Below are positions 33,848 to 43,105 of a stretch of DNA of 64,000 nucleotides, piece after piece. Where the stretch lies: NCBI GenBank assembly GCA_947503275.1, contig CANNCZ010000002.1, forward strand, positions 452,733-516,732, in the 5' to 3' direction. The notes under the pieces are model-generated. The model was not told the DNA's origin. It worked only from the letters and a program-made list of their open reading frames with translations, and made no database searches. This DNA comes from an uncultured Erythrobacter sp. GTDB lineage: Bacteria > Pseudomonadota > Alphaproteobacteria > Sphingomonadales > Sphingomonadaceae. The first letter of the stretch is position 1. Each line of letters begins with the position of its first letter. A program made the position numbers and the translations under genes.

Positions 33848-33880
33848 TGAACAGTTTGGGAGAGGATGCCTTTAAGGCAC
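33820..33880 (-). ncRNA. candidate small RNA (about 60 nt; the 5' end is a guess)
   Basis: Minus-strand order: a possible promoter TTGCAC (33914-33909)-N17-CATAAG (33891-33886), then hairpin GUGCC-UUAAA-GGCAU (33880-33866), then unpaired CCUCUCCC (33865-33858), then the terminator. Confidence 0.25.
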
Positions 33881-34203
33881 ACCCGCTTATGAGTAGGGCA
33901 GCATTTTTGTGCAAGTGCGAATGGCGCATATTGAGTTGCGTTTTATGCACATGATAGCGCCTAAAACTCTATTTCGGATCACATCATGCAAATTACTCTG
34001 CTCAATTTTTAAGCAATGCATGAATTATTGAGCAAATCGCAGACTATGTATTTTGCAATGCAGCATAACTGAGCCGCAAATGGGCATGGAATTGCAGACA
34101 GTGACACGGCGATGACAAGCGACTAATTAGGCGAACGCCGTAAAGCGTTCGCTTTGCAGTACAGATACAATCGCCGATCGCCTTGCAAGGAACAGCCAGT
34201 CCA

Positions 34204-34926
34204 ATGTCAAAAGTCTTTCCCGATGCCGCTGCTGCACTCGAAGGGGTTATTGAGAACAACCTCCTGATCGCCGCTGGTGGATTTGGTCTATGCGGGATCC
34301 CAGAGCGTCTGCTTGATGCGATCCGCGACAGCGGCGCCGTGGACCTGACATTTGCCAGCAACAATGCAGGCATCGACAATGAAGGCATCGGCAAATTGCT
34401 GCGCACGCGGCAAGTCAAGAAGATGATCAGCTCTTATGTCGGGGAAAACAAAGAGTTTGAACGCCAGTTTTTGGCTGGTGAATTAGAGGTTGAGTTCTGC
34501 CCACAAGGCACTTTGGCGGAACGGATGCGTGCAGGTGGCGCTGGCATACCGGGGTTTTACACCAAGACAGGCGTTGGCACTCAAGTCGCAGAAGGGAAAG
34601 AACACCAGGACTTCCCCGATCAAGACGGCGTCATGTCGACATATATCTTGGAACGCGGGATCTTCGCGGACCTTTCCATCGTGAAGGCTTGGAAAGCAGA
34701 TGAGACTGGCAATTTGATCTTTCGCAAGACCGCTCGCAATTTCAACCAACCGGCCGCAACGTGTGGCAAGGTTTGCATCGCCGAAGTTGAAGAGATCGTT
34801 CCGGCTGGCGCACTTGAAGCCGACGAGATTCATCTGCCAGGCGTCTTTGTGAACCGCATAGTCCTCGGCGCGCCTTACGATAAGAAAATCGAGTTTCGCA
34901 CTGTGCGTGAACGCGAGGAGGCCTAG
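34204..34926 (+). CDS. scoA: 3-oxoacid CoA-transferase subunit A
   Basis: ATG at 34204 (MSKVFPDAAAALEGV...GGFGLCGIPERLL...SYVGENKEFERQ). Confidence 0.88.
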   Translation: MSKVFPDAAAALEGVIENNLLIAAGGFGLCGIPERLLDAIRDSGAVDLTFASNNAGIDNEGIGKLLRTRQVKKMISSYVGENKEFERQFLAGELEVEFCPQGTLAERMRAGGAGIPGFYTKTGVGTQVAEGKEHQDFPDQDGVMSTYILERGIFADLSIVKAWKADETGNLIFRKTARNFNQPAATCGKVCIAEVEEIVPAGALEADEIHLPGVFVNRIVLGAPYDKKIEFRTVREREEA

Positions 34927-34934
34927 GCGTCCCG

Positions 34935-35867
34935 ATGGAACGGCAACGCATATTCAAACTGCTCGCAGCCAGTGGTGCAGCCCTTGCGCTACAGGGGTGC
35001 ATCGCGGCGGCTTTTCCAATAGCCGCCGGTGGGCTTTTAGCCGGTGGTGCGAAAACTGGCGAAGCCGCCGAGAGCAATCCAAGGGTCGAGAGCAATGATG
35101 CGGCGCAAGTTGCGACCGTAGCGCCCGAACAAACCTCACCGCCACCAGAGCCAGCCCAGGTCGCCGTGGAAGAAGAAGCAAAGCTTACCTCCACCGGCGC
35201 GCGCGATAGTGGAACATTTGCCGTGCGCGCAGAGCCAGAGGTCATCGCTTCAGATCCTGCCGCGGATCAGAGCGCAGCGACAGATAGCGAACCGGCCACT
35301 GCTGGTGTGACGCTGTTTGACCCGCTTTATCGTTACGTAGCCTCACCGGAAATTTTCGGGGCCGAAGACCGAACTTCCGCCATGCTAAGCAACGCGACGT
35401 CGCTGGAAGCAAACCGCGTCCAATGCACTGATGGTCCACCCACGGTTCTGATCGATCTTGACCCTAAAGAGGGCACGCTTTTCCCGATTGACGCTGGAAC
35501 CGCATCCCCTGCTCTGGCTGAGCAGCTCGTCCAGTTGCGAGCGCAGGGCGTTCTTATCGCGTGGATTTCGAACAGCCCTGCGGAACGGGAGAGCGTCGTT
35601 CGCGCCGCGCTGTTCCGGTCTGGCCTCGACCAATTGGGTAGAGACAGATTGTTGCTGGTCAGCGCTCCGGATCAACGCAAGCAAATGTTGCGCGAGCAAT
35701 TGGCCGAGACCTCTTGCATAGTCGCCATTGCCGGGGATGAGCGGTCTGATTTCCACGAATTGTTCGGCTATCTGCTCAATCCATCGGACGCAGTTGGACT
35801 TGAACCAATCATCGGTGAGGGCTGGTTCCTGATCCCCACACCGTTACTTCCTGAAAGGGCACAATAA
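34935..35867 (+). CDS. lipoprotein with a HAD (class B/C acid phosphatase)-like C-terminal domain
   Basis: The lipobox is LALQGC. A Pro/Ala/Glu-rich linker follows. C-terminal blocks [16 protein letters not shown] and [10 protein letters not shown] resemble HAD IIIB motifs. The gene starts 8 nt after scoA stops, and its stop overlaps the scoB start (TAATG). Confidence 0.6.
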   Translation: MERQRIFKLLAASGAALALQGCIAAAFPIAAGGLLAGGAKTGEAAESNPRVESNDAAQVATVAPEQTSPPPEPAQVAVEEEAKLTSTGARDSGTFAVRAEPEVIASDPAADQSAATDSEPATAGVTLFDPLYRYVASPEIFGAEDRTSAMLSNATSLEANRVQCTDGPPTVLIDLDPKEGTLFPIDAGTASPALAEQLVQLRAQGVLIAWISNSPAERESVVRAALFRSGLDQLGRDRLLLVSAPDQRKQMLREQLAETSCIVAIAGDERSDFHELFGYLLNPSDAVGLEPIIGEGWFLIPTPLLPERAQ

Positions 35868-36532
35868 TGAGCGTTGATGCAAAGGGTTGGACCCGTGATC
35901 AGATGGCGGCCCGCGCAGCGCGTGAGTTGCAGGACGGGTATTACGTCAACTTGGGCATTGGTATCCCGACCCTTGTTGCGAACCACATCCCAGCTGGCAT
36001 GCTGGTTACACTACAAAGCGAAAACGGCATGTTGGGTATAGGCCCGTTCCCGTATGATGACGAAGTCGATCCTGATCTCATCAATGCGGGCAAGCAGACG
36101 ATCAGTGAGCTGCCACACAGCGCCTATTTCGACAGCGCCACCAGCTTTTCTATGATCCGTGGCGGGCATATCGATCTGACGGTTTTGGGCGCGATGGAAG
36201 TCGCAGAGAACGGCGATATCGCCAATTGGATGATTCCTGGCAAGATGATCAAAGGCATGGGCGGTGCGATGGATCTGGTCGCAGGCGTCAAGAAGATCAT
36301 CGTGGTGATGGACCACACGGCCAAGGACGGTAGCCCCAAGCTTATCCCATCATGCTCACTGCCGCTGACCGGTGCGGGCGTGGTTGATATGGTGATCACC
36401 AATTTGGGCGTGTTCCAACGCCCAGATCACGCTTCACCATTCCGACTGATTGAATTGGCGCCGGGCGTTTCTTTGGAAGATATCGCCGCAAGCACGTCGG
36501 CAGCCTATGAAGTGGCACTAGAGACTGCCTGA
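35867..36532 (+). CDS. scoB: 3-oxoacid CoA-transferase subunit B
   Basis: ...LQSENGMLG...GMGGAMDLV... are typical subunit B blocks. Confidence 0.9.
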   Translation: MSVDAKGWTRDQMAARAARELQDGYYVNLGIGIPTLVANHIPAGMLVTLQSENGMLGIGPFPYDDEVDPDLINAGKQTISELPHSAYFDSATSFSMIRGGHIDLTVLGAMEVAENGDIANWMIPGKMIKGMGGAMDLVAGVKKIIVVMDHTAKDGSPKLIPSCSLPLTGAGVVDMVITNLGVFQRPDHASPFRLIELAPGVSLEDIAASTSAAYEVALETA

Positions 36533-36536
36533 CCGC

Positions 36537-37688
36537 ATGTGGTTCGATAAACCGCGAAACCCTGATGCACCGCTTGCAGGGCTGAAAGTGCTTGAACTGG
36601 CGCGGGTCCTTGCCGGGCCATGGGCTGGGCAGATTTTGGCCGATCTTGGCGCTGATGTGATCAAGGTTGAGAGCCCCGAAGGCGACGGCACGCGGCTATG
36701 GGGCCCGCCTTGGGTTGATCGCGTGGCCGCTGATGGAACGACCCATCGCGAGGCGGCCTATTACCACGCCTGCAATCGCGGAAAGCGCAGTATCTTGGCT
36801 GACTTCACCAGTGCAGACAATCTGGACCGGGTGTGTGAATTGGCCCGCGATGCAGACGTTTTGATTGAGAACTTTAAGACTGGAGGGCTCGCCAAGTTCG
36901 GATTGGACTTCGCCAGTCTGAAAGGCGCCAACCCCAGATTAGTCTATTGTTCGATCACCGGCTTTGGTCAGACGGGTCCACGGGCGCATGAAGCGGGCTA
37001 TGATTTTGTAATCCAAGGCATGAGCGGATTTATGTCGATCACTGGTGAGCCGGAGGGCGTCCCTGTGAAAATGGGTGTCTCCATCTCTGACCTGACGACA
37101 GGCATCTATGCCGCTAACGGCATTCAGGCGGCGCTGCTGCAGCGCGAGCGGACTGGTAAGGGACAGCATGTCGATATTGCTCTGCTCGATTGTTCCGTGG
37201 CGCTGTTGGCCAATCAGGCGACCTACCACCTAACGACGGGCGAGAATCCTCCACGTATGGGTAATGCGCATGCGCAGGTTGCTCCTTATGGCGTGTTCCC
37301 AGTGACGGATGGTCACGTGATTTTGGCACCCGCTAATGACCGGTTGTTTCTAAAGCTTGTCGGGCTTCTGGAGTTGTCCGATCTGGAGAGAGACCCGCGC
37401 TTTGCAAGCAATGAAGGGCGAACTCAGAATGCTGCGGCACTGGATGAGGCAATAGCCAATGCTACTTCGGCTTGGACCAAGGCGGGATTGCTGGATGCTT
37501 GCAAGACGCATGGCGTTCCCGCAGGCCCTATCAATCAACTCGATGAGGTGTTCGCCGATCCGCAAGTGATCGCGCGGGGATTGCGGATTGATCTGGCCGG
37601 TATGCCGGGTGTGCGCAGTCCGTTGAACTTTTCAGACGCCGAACTGGCGCTGGACCGCCCTTCTCCGATGCTGGACGAACACGGCTAA
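36537..37688 (+). CDS. CaiB/BaiF family (family III) CoA-transferase
   Basis: The N-terminal block is LKVLELARVLAGPWAGQILADLGADVIKVE; the protein is 383 aa. Confidence 0.85.
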   Translation: MWFDKPRNPDAPLAGLKVLELARVLAGPWAGQILADLGADVIKVESPEGDGTRLWGPPWVDRVAADGTTHREAAYYHACNRGKRSILADFTSADNLDRVCELARDADVLIENFKTGGLAKFGLDFASLKGANPRLVYCSITGFGQTGPRAHEAGYDFVIQGMSGFMSITGEPEGVPVKMGVSISDLTTGIYAANGIQAALLQRERTGKGQHVDIALLDCSVALLANQATYHLTTGENPPRMGNAHAQVAPYGVFPVTDGHVILAPANDRLFLKLVGLLELSDLERDPRFASNEGRTQNAAALDEAIANATSAWTKAGLLDACKTHGVPAGPINQLDEVFADPQVIARGLRIDLAGMPGVRSPLNFSDAELALDRPSPMLDEHG

Positions 37689-37729
37689 ATTTCTGAGAGG
37701 TTTGTTCGCTCAAAGACTTTGGACTTGCG

Positions 37730-37771
37730 TCCTTTTCTCAATTTCTGTATTTACAGAAATTGAGAAAAGGA
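37730..37771. promoter_or_regulatory. perfect 20+20-bp palindrome (2-nt spacer) overlapping a candidate promoter; putative operator of the GbsR-like regulator
   Basis: TCCTTTTCTCAATTTCTGTA-TT-TACAGAAATTGAGAAAAGGA. TTGCGT (37725-37730)-N17-TATTTA (37748-37753) lies inside or next to it. The GTG start is 9 nt downstream. Confidence 0.6.
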
Positions 37772-37779
37772 ACTGATTC

Positions 37780-38325
37780 GTGGGCCGATTGCTCGATATT
37801 CCTGAAGCACGCGCTTTTATCCTCCACTGGGGGGAGATGGGCACCGAATGGGGCGTTAATCGCTCCGTCGCACAGGTGCACGCGTTGCTTTATCTTAGCG
37901 ATAAACCGCTGCATGCTGAGGAAATATGCGAAGCTCTCGGGCTGGCCCGATCCAATGTCTCAAACGGGCTGAAAGAACTGCAATCCTATGCAATCGTCCG
38001 CCGGGTCCATGTCGAAGCGGATCGGCGCGATCACTTTATTGCAGAGACCGATGTTTGGGACATGCTGATGAAGATCGCTGCGGAACGCAAACGCCGCGAA
38101 TTGGATCCGACAATCCAGTTAATGGGCGAGTTAGCGGAGAGCCTGAATGGGCGTGAGGACGTGCCGGTTCATGTGCGTGAGCGCATCGGGCGAATGCACG
38201 ATTTTATTGGCACACTCACGGGCTGGTATGCCGACATTCGCGGCCTGCCTAAACCGACTTTGGTTCGCATGATGAAGCTGGGCCGCGGCATTGCCCGCTT
38301 CTTGCCCGGCGGCGGCAACTCCTAA
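37780..38325 (+). CDS. GbsR/MarR family transcriptional regulator
   Basis: GTG start at 37780. A winged-helix block (VAQVHALLYLSDKPLHAEEICEALGLARSNVSNGLKELQSYAIVRRV) is typical of the GbsR-like MarR subfamily. Confidence 0.75.
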   Translation: MGRLLDIPEARAFILHWGEMGTEWGVNRSVAQVHALLYLSDKPLHAEEICEALGLARSNVSNGLKELQSYAIVRRVHVEADRRDHFIAETDVWDMLMKIAAERKRRELDPTIQLMGELAESLNGREDVPVHVRERIGRMHDFIGTLTGWYADIRGLPKPTLVRMMKLGRGIARFLPGGGNS

Positions 38326-38382
38326 ACCACTCCACCCGACGCAACACGAGACCATTCCGATGACGCAAAGCCACGATCACTG

Positions 38383-38402
38383 ATTTCCCTAATTACAGAA
38401 AT
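38383..38402. promoter_or_regulatory. second, imperfect copy of the palindrome core
   Basis: ATTTCCCTA-AT-TACAGAAAT against the core ATTTCTGTA-TT-TACAGAAAT. It ends 14 nt upstream of the 38417 start. Confidence 0.35.
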
Positions 38403-38416
38403 AACAGGAGAAGAAG

Positions 38417-38809
38417 ATGTACGCTCTGACTTCCTATTGCGCCTACCTTATCGTCAGCATTGGCCTCACCGTCTGGGTGGCACGCACGCTGTCCAAGAAC
38501 GGCTTTGTGTTTCTGACCGAGTGTTTCGGCCACGACCAATTGCTAGCCGCCTCAACCAACCACTTGTTGGTGGTCGGCTTCTATCTGGTCAATCTTGGCT
38601 GGATTTTGCTGACTTTGCGATTTGGCACTCCGCCCGAAACCGCGATTGACGCAATCCAGTTCCTGTCTGGCAAGGTGGGGATTGTTGTCGTTGCTCTTGG
38701 CTTGATGCACTTCTTCAACATGAACGCGATTGCCAAGTTCGGCCGCAAGGTCGGGCAATGGTTCCGCGAAGAGCAATGGGCCGCAAAAGCAGGGGCTGGC
38801 CAAGCATAA
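38417..38809 (+). CDS. small integral membrane protein (130 aa, about 4 TM)
   Basis: AGGAG precedes the ATG at 38417. The profile is hydrophobic and I recognise no motif. Confidence 0.6.
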   Translation: MYALTSYCAYLIVSIGLTVWVARTLSKNGFVFLTECFGHDQLLAASTNHLLVVGFYLVNLGWILLTLRFGTPPETAIDAIQFLSGKVGIVVVALGLMHFFNMNAIAKFGRKVGQWFREEQWAAKAGAGQA

Positions 38810-38835
38810 TACGCTGCTGCTAGTTCGCAAACATC

Positions 38836-38864
38836 GGGGCGCTTCTAACCGGAGCGCCCCTTTT
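38836..38864. terminator. hairpin terminator between convergent genes
   Basis: GGGGCGCT-TCTAACCG-GAGCGCCCC followed by TTTT. Confidence 0.65.
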
Positions 38865-38870
38865 GTGTGC

Positions 38871-40064
38871 TCAGCTCAAAAGCCGCGCGCCTCCGCGCCA
38901 AAGCCGCTCAGCTGGGCCTTGGCCAAATGCACGGAGCCACAAAGGCGACCATATCAGCACCGCGATTATCGGCACAAAGCTGAATGCAAAAGCTACGCTT
39001 CTGCTCACCTCGCCGAACAGCCCAAAGCCCCAACTGGCGAAAATTGCCGCCAGCATCACCGAGGTCATAAGGTAGTTTGTCAGGGCCAATCGCCCAACAG
39101 CCGCCAAAAGCCGTGTCGCGGGCCGACCGGGCGCAAAGAATGCCATTGCGAGAGCGGCATAGGATAGCGCCAGCAACATATCGAAAGGTGCAGAGAACAA
39201 CAGCGCTGCCGCTCCCACCAGAGCACCGGGAAATCCATTGCTGGATACCCACCAAACCAATCCAAGCAGCGCTAAAATAGCAATAAGTGCACAAACCGCC
39301 GCCAACCGTTGCAGCATGAATGTGCGCCATTCCCCGGCCAGCATGCGATCCTTCCAAAGCGCCATGCCCAAAGTGATGGCGGCAAGATTCAAGGGGATCG
39401 AGGCTGCGACAAATGTTAGCTGGTCGGGAATATTTGGAATGCGCCGCGCAACCCGGTCCGCAAATCCCTCATTGCCGATATTGACCATGTATCTCAGGGC
39501 TGCCTCATCGCTGCCAAAATCGCGCTCTGCTGACAGATAGGCATCGCCGGCAAACCTTCCTGCGTAATAGTCAGCCACTCCACCGCCAAACAACATCAAG
39601 CCTGCACCGCAATGCAACACCACAAGCCCGATGGCGATGGCATATAGGTCGCGGGCTGAAAGGTGGGCGAGGAACGGCAATGCCAGCCCGGCCAGTGCAT
39701 ACACCCGCAGGATATCATTGCTGGCAAGCAAGACCGAATGCGCGATGCCAATCGCAAACAGAACTGCCATGCGGGCAAAATGCGCGCGCCATTTGTTCGT
39801 TTCACTGCGTTCCAGCAGAATCAGGCAACCCGCGCCAAATAACATCGCGAAAAGCGTACGGAACTTGTCTTCTACAAAGACAAAGCTCGCCGCCCAGATC
39901 GCCCGATCAAGAGCGGTATCTGCGCCCCATACGATCGGATTGTAATACGCCTGAGATGGCAACGCGAAGACGTAGACGTTCATCCAGACGATGCCGATCA
40001 CTGCCAGCCCGCGCAGTGCGTCAAGCTGGACAACACGGTTGGTGCTGGACGAAGGCGCTGTCAT
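38871..40064 (-). CDS. DUF418 domain-containing membrane protein (YeiB-like)
   Basis: The N-terminus has RVVQLDALRGLAVIGIVWMN. It is multi-TM and 397 aa. Confidence 0.78.
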   Translation of the reverse strand: MTAPSSSTNRVVQLDALRGLAVIGIVWMNVYVFALPSQAYYNPIVWGADTALDRAIWAASFVFVEDKFRTLFAMLFGAGCLILLERSETNKWRAHFARMAVLFAIGIAHSVLLASNDILRVYALAGLALPFLAHLSARDLYAIAIGLVVLHCGAGLMLFGGGVADYYAGRFAGDAYLSAERDFGSDEAALRYMVNIGNEGFADRVARRIPNIPDQLTFVAASIPLNLAAITLGMALWKDRMLAGEWRTFMLQRLAAVCALIAILALLGLVWWVSSNGFPGALVGAAALLFSAPFDMLLALSYAALAMAFFAPGRPATRLLAAVGRLALTNYLMTSVMLAAIFASWGFGLFGEVSRSVAFAFSFVPIIAVLIWSPLWLRAFGQGPAERLWRGGARLLS

Positions 40065-40082
40065 TGCGAGCGCCTTAGCAGA

Positions 40083-41330
40083 TCAGGCGAGAGCAGCCTT
40101 TAGCTCATCGACCAAATCGGTGCGTTCCCATGGGAAGAACTCACCCTCAGCCTTGCGACCAAAGTGGCCGTAGGCCGCACTCTGGCGATAGATCGGCTTG
40201 TTCAGGCCCAGATGCGTGCGGATGCCGCGCGGGGTTAGACCGCCAAGCTTTGCAATCGAGGTGATCGCGTCTTCAATCGCGGCATCATCAACACCTTCGG
40301 CATTGGTGCCATGCGTATCGACATAAAGTGAGAGCGGCTCTGAAACGCCAATCGCATAAGCGATTTGGATGGTGCAGCGGGTCGCGAGACCGGCGGCTAC
40401 TACGTTCTTGGCAAGATAGCGTGTGATGTAAGCCGCGCTCCGATCAACCTTGGTCGGGTCTTTGCCGCTAAACGCGCCGCCGCCGTGGGGGCTGGCTCCG
40501 CCGTAGGTGTCGACAATGATCTTGCGCCCGGTAAGGCCAGCGTCACCGTCAGGGCCGCCAATTTCGAACGCGCCCGTTGGGTTGATGTGCCAAGCGGTCT
40601 CATCAGTGATGAATCCTGCTGGCAAGATGCCGCTCACCACCTGTGTGACATAGGCTTTGAGCTCGGCTTCTTTTGCGCCTTCGTGATAGCCTTTGCCATG
40701 CTGGGTTGAGACGACGATAGCGGTGCAACCGACCGGTTTGCCATTTTCGTAGCGGAGAGTGACCTGACTCTTCGCATCGGGCTCAAGAAACGGAGCAGTG
40801 CCATCCTTGCGGTCGGCAGCGAGCTGTTCGAGGATCTTGTGACTGTAGTCGAGGGTGGCTGGCATCAAGTCAGGCGTTTCATCGCACGCAAAGCCAAACA
40901 TAATGCCTTGGTCGCCTGCGCCTTCGTCTTTGTTCGAGCCGTCCGCACCTGCATCGACGCCCTGAGCGATCTCGCTCGATTGGCCGTGAAGGTGGTTTTC
41001 AAAAGTCAGCGTTTCCCAGTGAAAGCCCGTTTGCTCATATCCGATTTCGGCGACCGTCCGACGAACAGCGCTTTCAATCTCGTCACGCGCTCCGGGCGCC
41101 CAATAGCTGTTGTACTTCCAGTCTTCACGGCTGGTATCAAACATCGGAGCACAACGAATTTCGCCGGAAAGCACTACGCGCTGTGTCGTTGTCATGGTTT
41201 CGCAGGCGACGCGCGCTTCGGGATCTTTGGACAGCATCAGATCGACAATCGCATCCGAAATCTGGTCGGAAACCTTGTCTGGGTGACCTTCGGAAACGCT
41301 TTCGGAAGTGAAGAGATAATCGCTGCGCAT
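40083..41330 (-). CDS. metK: S-adenosylmethionine synthase
   Basis: [15 protein letters not shown] and [16 protein letters not shown]. Confidence 0.97.
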   Translation of the reverse strand: MRSDYLFTSESVSEGHPDKVSDQISDAIVDLMLSKDPEARVACETMTTTQRVVLSGEIRCAPMFDTSREDWKYNSYWAPGARDEIESAVRRTVAEIGYEQTGFHWETLTFENHLHGQSSEIAQGVDAGADGSNKDEGAGDQGIMFGFACDETPDLMPATLDYSHKILEQLAADRKDGTAPFLEPDAKSQVTLRYENGKPVGCTAIVVSTQHGKGYHEGAKEAELKAYVTQVVSGILPAGFITDETAWHINPTGAFEIGGPDGDAGLTGRKIIVDTYGGASPHGGGAFSGKDPTKVDRSAAYITRYLAKNVVAAGLATRCTIQIAYAIGVSEPLSLYVDTHGTNAEGVDDAAIEDAITSIAKLGGLTPRGIRTHLGLNKPIYRQSAAYGHFGRKAEGEFFPWERTDLVDELKAALA

Positions 41331-41415
41331 GAGAGCTCCTAAAGCTATCGCTGTCTGTTTAAACGGCCACCTTATGTCGATATAAGGAAACCTTTATGTC
41401 TGCATCCTGCGCGCT

Positions 41416-43074
41416 CTAGCTGCGCGAAGCACGCAGCGCAAGCAATCTTGGCAAGCCTAGGCCAAGCAGAGCAAGGAGCGCGGCCCAAGCGAGCGGGAGG
41501 ATATTGCCAAGCCGCGCAAACAAAGTTGGAGGCTTTGCGACTGGAATTAAGCCTTCACGACTTTCGGCTACACCTGTTGGGATATGTTCGCGCACGATAC
41601 CATTCGCATCGATCACTGCGCTGATCCCGGTTGTGGTTGACCGCAAGACTGGCAGCCCCTCTTCGATTGCCCGCATCCGTGCCTGCGCCAAATGCTGTGG
41701 TGGCCCCCAAGTACCGAACCATCCATCATTGGAGGGATTGAAGAGGTAGTCCGGACGGTTGCTTTGATCGACGACTTGGCCGGAAAAGACGATTTCATAG
41801 CAAATTTGCACGCCCGCTTTGCCATACTCGGCCATGTCCAGAGTTTGGGGGCCGGGACCCGGATCATAGGGGATGGAGCCAGCGGACAGCCGCGAAAGCC
41901 CCAAATATCCCAGCGCCCATTCCGCTGGTAAATACTCACCGTATGGCACCAGATGCGCCTTGGCGTAGTGATGTGTGAGTTCGCCAACAGGATTAATCCC
42001 AATCACTGAGTTACGGGCAGTAACCGCTCCCAAAACACCGTTCTCGCGCATACCAATGTCGAGATTGACAACCCCGGTTAGCAACGCAGACTGGTCGCCA
42101 ATAACCCGCCCAATGCGCTCACGCGCGAATTGCGGATCGCCCAATCCGGTCGCGGGATTTCGGACTGTCATTCGGTCATAATAGCGCTGCGGATAGCCTT
42201 CCTCCAGATAGTCTGGGATCGTTCCTTCTGGCCACAACACAAGGCGGGACTCTTCTGATGATCCCGTCAGGCTTGAGAGGCGTTGAAACTGCTCTTCAAA
42301 TTTTGAGCCATCGTTGATCTCGTCCTGAGTGATCAATGGCTGCACGAGGGTGTAGCGCACCCCCGAGGTTTGGCTTTCTTTAGCAGTGGGTATCAGCATG
42401 AATGCCGCGATCACTGCGGCGAACCCTGCGCCCAACATCGCTCGCCGTTCCGCCACCAAAGTCACAGCAACACTCGCGAGCAATATCACCAATCCGGAAA
42501 GCGCATAGGTGCCAAGGATCGGCAGAAAGGCCGCAAATCCCTGCGCATCCCAACCGCCCAGCACCATCAGCCCCAATGGCGGCCATGGATAGCCAGTGAA
42601 TGCCCAACTGCGTATCCATTCCGTGACAATCCAAGCAGCAGCAAAGACCGCTCCGAACGCCATCCCCCCTGCTCGCCGCGCAAGCAGATATGCCGCTAAC
42701 GCAGCCAATCCCGGATAGACCGCAAGGTAAAGACACAGCAGCGGCACCGCTGCCCAGCCTAGAAGTTCAGGCATATCAGCCTGATATGTAAAAGCGGTGG
42801 CGATCCAATTGTTGGCGAGCGTCAAATGCGCCAAGCCAAACATCCATCCGCGCCAGAATGCCCCGCGTACGCTAGACGCTGAGCGAATGTGCGCCACAAA
42901 CAGCGCTAAAGCTGGAAGTGCGATCCACCAACCATGAAGTGGCGGATAACCACAGGCAGCCACGAGACCGAGAAACGCTGAAGTGAGGCCCGGCCATTTG
43001 CCCGCAAATGCTGCGGCCTGGTTCGCACTTTTTGCAAACCAATGCTGCTTTGAATCAAGCATGTCCTCGGTCAT
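41416..43074 (-). CDS. lnt: apolipoprotein N-acyltransferase
   Basis: A multi-TM N-terminal half plus a CN-hydrolase domain (LVLWPEG..., ICYEIVF). Confidence 0.9.
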   Translation of the reverse strand: MTEDMLDSKQHWFAKSANQAAAFAGKWPGLTSAFLGLVAACGYPPLHGWWIALPALALFVAHIRSASSVRGAFWRGWMFGLAHLTLANNWIATAFTYQADMPELLGWAAVPLLCLYLAVYPGLAALAAYLLARRAGGMAFGAVFAAAWIVTEWIRSWAFTGYPWPPLGLMVLGGWDAQGFAAFLPILGTYALSGLVILLASVAVTLVAERRAMLGAGFAAVIAAFMLIPTAKESQTSGVRYTLVQPLITQDEINDGSKFEEQFQRLSSLTGSSEESRLVLWPEGTIPDYLEEGYPQRYYDRMTVRNPATGLGDPQFARERIGRVIGDQSALLTGVVNLDIGMRENGVLGAVTARNSVIGINPVGELTHHYAKAHLVPYGEYLPAEWALGYLGLSRLSAGSIPYDPGPGPQTLDMAEYGKAGVQICYEIVFSGQVVDQSNRPDYLFNPSNDGWFGTWGPPQHLAQARMRAIEEGLPVLRSTTTGISAVIDANGIVREHIPTGVAESREGLIPVAKPPTLFARLGNILPLAWAALLALLGLGLPRLLALRASRS

Positions 43075-43105
43075 TGATCCAAGCCCTCAAGAGCAGGGCA
43101 ATGGA

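Noticed and set aside
34044-34418. A 124-aa minus-strand ORF overlaps the scoA start.
   Set aside because: It is antisense to the conserved scoA N-terminus, has no RBS, and has an Arg/Ser/Pro-rich shadow composition. This matters because rejecting it leaves the terminator at 33820-33847 orphaned.
41331-41415. Calling a specific SAM riboswitch class upstream of metK.
   Set aside because: I could not match the leader to the SAM-II, SAM-V or SAM-SAH consensus from memory. It is reported only as an unexplained structured leader that needs a covariance-model scan.
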